Position numbers and translations under genes: made by a program. A DNA stretch of 64,000 nt from NCBI GenBank assembly GCA_965242965.1, contig OZ251518.1, positions 1,664,001 through 1,728,000 on the forward strand, in the 5' to 3' direction. Below the pieces are notes generated by a model. The model had not been told where the DNA came from, ran no database searches, and was given only the letters and a program-made list of their open reading frames with translations. Source of the stretch: Candidatus Poribacteria bacterium (lineage in GTDB: Bacteria; Poribacteria; WGA-4E; WGA-3G). Below, one piece after another: positions 60,065 through 64,000 of the stretch (its first letter is position 1; every line of letters begins with the position of its first letter).

Positions 60065-60892
60065 GTAGGGCAGGGGCCTGTCCCTCGTGAGTCTAAAGGT
60101 TCCGTATCGCGGGGGGCTGTCTCCCGCGAAGGACCTGTTCCTCGTGAACCTAAAGGTTCCGTAGCGCGGGGGCCTGTCTCCCGCGATCGTTGCGTGGCGA
60201 GGGACAGGCCCTCGCCCTACGGTAAGTGGCCCGTTTTTTCACCGTAGCGCGGGGGCCTGTCTCCCGCGATCGTTCTCCCCCCCCTATCTGTAGTTCGGGA
60301 GTGCCTCCCGAACAGGCAACGGTCATCGGCACGTTTTTTGCCCGTATCGCGGGGGCCCTCGGATGCCACACGCGCATCCGAGCGGGTTTCCCCCGCGATC
60401 GCAGCATGGCGAGGGACAGGCCCTCGCCCTACGGTAAGTGGCCCGTTTTTCACCGTAGCGCGGGGGCCTGTCCCCCGCGATCGTTCTCCCCCCCTATCTG
60501 TAGTTCGGGAGTGCCTCCCGAACAGGCAACGGTCATCGGCACGTTTTTCCCCGTAGCGCGGGGGCCCTCGGATGCCACACGCGCATCCGAGTGGGTTTCC
60601 CCCGCGATCGTTGCTTGGCGAGGGACAGGCCCTCGCCCTACGGTAAGTGGCCCGTTTTTCACCGTAGCGCGGGGGCCTGTCCCCCGCGATCGTTCTCCCA
60701 CTCCATCTGTAGTTCGGGAGCACCTGCTCCCGAACGGGCAAGAGCAGGTGCTCTTGCCCTACAGATAGGGGCCGCATCCTACTCCCGGGTCTGCTTAAGA
60801 GTCTTCGCATTGCAAGGTGCTATAGACATTAAGGTCTTCCAGACCTAAAGAGACGTTTTATCGCGATAAAACCCCCCTAATCTTGCAAATCC
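60065..60892. repeat. Intergenic REP mosaic with ~210-bp tandem units
   Basis: GGCGAGGGACAGGCCCTCGCCCTACGGTAAGTGGCCCG at about 60196, 60408 and 60617. Confidence 0.9.
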
Positions 60893-60902
60893 TGCTCATT
60901 TC

Positions 60903-60931
60903 TTGACAATTTTCGTGAACGATGCTATATT
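60903..60931 (+). promoter_or_regulatory. Putative sigma70 promoter
   Basis: TTGACA-17-TATATT with TG extension. Confidence 0.65.
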
Positions 60932-60962
60932 ATTAATAATTCAGAATTGTCAGGAGAGTCAC

Positions 60963-62180
60963 ATGGCAGAAAAGCAGTTTAAGGTGCGGGCAGCGCATTG
61001 TGATTATCGGGCGACAGAAGAAGAAATTTATCAGACGCTGCGCCGAGTTACCGATCCGTTGACACGCGCCTGGAAACCCATTGAAACCGCCAACAAGATT
61101 GTCATCAAACTGAATATGATGAAGCCGCACGAGCGGATTATCTATTACGAAGGCAGACGACGAGAATTAGTAGATGACGCGGTGTGCCGCGCAGTGTTTC
61201 GGCTGCTGAGGGAGCATACGCGCGCGCAAATTGTCGCCACCGATACGAATCCGTATACGCACGGGCATCGGATGCCCCCCGGTTTCAACTATCAGCATCA
61301 CCTCAAGGAATTCGGGGTGGAGTTTGTCGATTCTAACCTGCCGCCGTTCAAGGTTTACGATGTCCCCGATGGCGGTTCCATGTTCGATCGTTACACGCTG
61401 AGTGCCTGTTTTGACGATGCCGATGCTGTCGTCTCTGTGGCGAAAATGAAAAATCATGCGTTCATGGGCATCACGTTATGCACCAAGAATCTGTTCGGGT
61501 TGCCGCCGATGTTGCTGCCAGAAGGCAGGACGCGGAGTTATTATCACCACCTGATCCGGCTGTCTTATGTCCTGCCAGATCTGGCGTTGATAACGAAGCC
61601 GTGCCTCAATATCATTGACGCACTCACCGGACAGTGGGGACGCGAATGGGGCGGCGAAGGGAGAATCTGTAACGCACTCATCGCAGGAGACCATCCCATT
61701 GCAACCGATACCGTCGGAATGCATCTGATGGGACATGACCCGGGCTCAGATTGGCCGACACCGCCTTTCAAGCGGGACAGGAATCATATCCTCATCGCCG
61801 CACAGCGCGGATATGGGACGGTAAACCTTAACGAAATTGATTGGACGAGCGAGGTTACCGCGCCGCTGGCAGAGTTTGATTCGGTGGAGACAGATAGCCC
61901 GGAGACGGTTGCGAATTGGCGGCGGACGACGTGTGAGCAGGGGTTGGTTTATCTGGAAAACCAGAAACCGCTGATCGACCGGTATCGCGGGAATTTCATT
62001 TATTTGCAGGACGGTGAGGTAGTCTGGAGCGGTCCGGACCCGGCGCATCTCGGCAGTCGTCGGCAGTTGAGCGGCGCGAAGAAAGATAGCGCGCTGTGGT
62101 TGAAGCTGGTCGACCCGGAAGAGCACGAGGGTGAACGGTTCGGCGCGTATGAGGAATGTTTGAAAGATTTTGCCGCGTAG
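60963..62180 (+). CDS. DUF362 domain protein with a C-terminal extension
   Basis: IVIKLN, KMKNH..MGITLC.KNLFG, NIIDAL, IATD; AGGAG RBS. Confidence 0.85.
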   Translation: MAEKQFKVRAAHCDYRATEEEIYQTLRRVTDPLTRAWKPIETANKIVIKLNMMKPHERIIYYEGRRRELVDDAVCRAVFRLLREHTRAQIVATDTNPYTHGHRMPPGFNYQHHLKEFGVEFVDSNLPPFKVYDVPDGGSMFDRYTLSACFDDADAVVSVAKMKNHAFMGITLCTKNLFGLPPMLLPEGRTRSYYHHLIRLSYVLPDLALITKPCLNIIDALTGQWGREWGGEGRICNALIAGDHPIATDTVGMHLMGHDPGSDWPTPPFKRDRNHILIAAQRGYGTVNLNEIDWTSEVTAPLAEFDSVETDSPETVANWRRTTCEQGLVYLENQKPLIDRYRGNFIYLQDGEVVWSGPDPAHLGSRRQLSGAKKDSALWLKLVDPEEHEGERFGAYEECLKDFAA

Positions 62181-62363
62181 GAGGGAAGCCCGGTAGGAGA
62201 GCCCTCCGGCGCACGATGGCCCAGTAGGAGAGACCTCCTGGTCTCGATGCATCCGACTTGCCCTCTCTGTAGTTTGCGATCGCCTGATCGCAAACAGGTC
62301 TCGATGCGTTCCCTGTAGGCGAGACCTCCTGGTCTCGATGCATCCTTATAGGAGGGAAATAAA

Positions 62364-63119
62364 ATGCATATCACCGAAGCCCAGAAAACAGAATTGGATG
62401 AGCAGGGGTGCATCGTGATACCCGATGTGCTTTCTGCTGAGGAGATCGAGATGTATCGCGCCGATTTGCTGCGACTCGCCGCGGCAGAACGGCGCGAAGG
62501 CACCGCACGTCGGCATACCGATAACCACGGACAACACGTGCGATGGTTGGTGAATAAAGGTGAGATTTACGAGCGGCTCGTTGCGCATCCGAAGGTAATG
62601 CCGTTTTTTGAATACCTGCTCGGTGAGGATTATACGCTAAGCACGCTTACCTCCAATATCATTGAGCCCGGCGCGCCGGATGGCGGTTACCATGTAGATA
62701 GCGTGCTAGGCACGATGCCGGAGCCGCTGCCCAGTTTTCCAGTCGTGGCGAATAGCCTCTGGCTGCTAGACGATTTCACGCCGGTGAACGGTGGAACGCG
62801 GTATGTGCCGGGGATACATCGGCAAGGCGTGAAGCCACCGCAAGGCACCACGCATCATCCGGATGAAGTGCGTGTGACTGCGCCGAAGGGTTCAGTGTTT
62901 CTGTTTAACGGTGCCATTTGGCATTCTGCCGGCGCGAATAAGACTGAGCGCGAGCGGATTGCGTTAATCTGTTTCTGTTGCCGTTCATTTATCAAGCCGA
63001 TGTTTGATTTCGTGCATTATTTGGAGCCGGAGGTAGTTGCGCGGGCCACGCCGACGATGCGTCGGATTTATGGGTTTGATTCGCAGCCGAATCCGCCGGA
63101 TAGGGTGGGGGTTTCGTAA
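62364..63119 (+). CDS. Phytanoyl-CoA dioxygenase (PhyH) family protein
   Basis: HVD facial triad, LDDFT..NGGT..VPG.H, WHSAG.N. Confidence 0.92.
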   Translation: MHITEAQKTELDEQGCIVIPDVLSAEEIEMYRADLLRLAAAERREGTARRHTDNHGQHVRWLVNKGEIYERLVAHPKVMPFFEYLLGEDYTLSTLTSNIIEPGAPDGGYHVDSVLGTMPEPLPSFPVVANSLWLLDDFTPVNGGTRYVPGIHRQGVKPPQGTTHHPDEVRVTAPKGSVFLFNGAIWHSAGANKTERERIALICFCCRSFIKPMFDFVHYLEPEVVARATPTMRRIYGFDSQPNPPDRVGVS

Positions 63120-63433
63120 ATTTCTATTTCCTCTGGGCATCGAGACCGGGATGTCTCTCCTACGGCTGTCGGGGTAGGCGGGACATCCTTGTCCCGATAC
63201 GGTGCGCCTCGAGACCGGGATGTCTCTCCTACTGAATTGCATCGAGACCAGGAGGTCTCTCCTACTGGGCCGAACTGAATTTGACATTTTGGCGAAAGTT
63301 GTGGTAAATTAATGAAAACCGGACGGATAGAGACATCCACTCTGAGGCTCGGTTAATGGCGTGGGACAGGCCCTCGCCCTACGGTGAAGTGGATATTTCG
63401 GGAGCAGACAGAAGATAGCGAGAGTATACCGCA

Positions 63434-64000
63434 ATGTCAATGTTTGATGGATACACCACCGATGGATTTTACGATGAGATGTTTGCACCAGATGGCAGCC
63501 CGCTGCCCGCTGCGCAGATGTTGATGGAGCGCATCGAACAAATGCCCGATGGCGAGCTGCTGCGTCGACAGATTGCCGCAGAGCGAGCGCTGCTGCAACT
63601 GGGGATTACCTTCAATGTCTACGCAGATGAGCAAGGCGTTGAAAAGATTTTTCCCTTCGATCTCATCCCGCGCATCATCGATGCAAACGAGTGGGAGTGG
63701 ATGGAACGCGGGCTGAAGCAGCGCATCCGTGCACTCAATCTCTTCATTGATGATGTCTACCATGAACAGAAGATTCTGAAGGACGGCGTAGTGCCAGCGG
63801 AGGTAGTGCTGTCGTCTAATCGCTACCTTGAACCGTGCATCGGTTTGGAACCGCCTCGCGGCATTTGGTGCCATATCACCGGGACAGACCTGGTGCGGGA
63901 CAGCGATGGACAGTATTATGTGTTAGAAGATAATCTCGGCTGTCCATCTGGTGTCTCCTACGTGTTGGAGAATCGAAATCTCATGAAGCGCACGTTCCCG
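63434..64000 (+). CDS. Circularly permuted type 2 ATP-grasp protein (5' part; runs off the window)
   Basis: Translated by eye: MSMFDGY...FYDEMF, GITFNVY, FPFDLIPRII, VLEDN..PSGVSYVLENR; absent from the ORF track because no stop is in the window. Confidence 0.88.
   Translation, partial: MSMFDGYTTDGFYDEMFAPDGSPLPAAQMLMERIEQMPDGELLRRQIAAERALLQLGITFNVYADEQGVEKIFPFDLIPRIIDANEWEWMERGLKQRIRALNLFIDDVYHEQKILKDGVVPAEVVLSSNRYLEPCIGLEPPRGIWCHITGTDLVRDSDGQYYVLEDNLGCPSGVSYVLENRNLMKRTFP

Overview
Bacterial chromosomal window, probably Candidatus Poribacteria or a close relative. That taxon call is inferred from two secreted proteins ending in a 'VxPxxKLxxTW(G/A)xIK' tail and from the LamG, PhyH, ankyrin and dockerin gene content. 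The window holds about 46 real CDSs: housekeeping genes (aroA, tsaB, topA, accD, ftsEX, msrA, polX, gmhB, ugd), three restriction-modification loci near tRNA-Ala(GGC), one orphan DNA methyltransferase, and several secreted or repeat proteins. Most short ORFs in the supplied track are artefacts of repeats or antisense frames. The main unexplained signal is non-coding. Most of the longer intergenic gaps are built from GTAG-prefixed hairpins (REP-like) of many co-varying families. At 8 places these arrays sit inside a MITE-like shell with 14-bp terminal inverted repeats (GAGGGTGTTTCATA) and, in most copies, 8-9-bp target-site duplications. The same repeats sit in frame inside tsaB and a secreted beta-propeller gene, supply stop codons, appear to form a hybrid promoter for accD, and lie next to duplicated promoters. 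No transposase or RAYT gene is in the window. All family assignments are by eye from motifs; no database searches were run.
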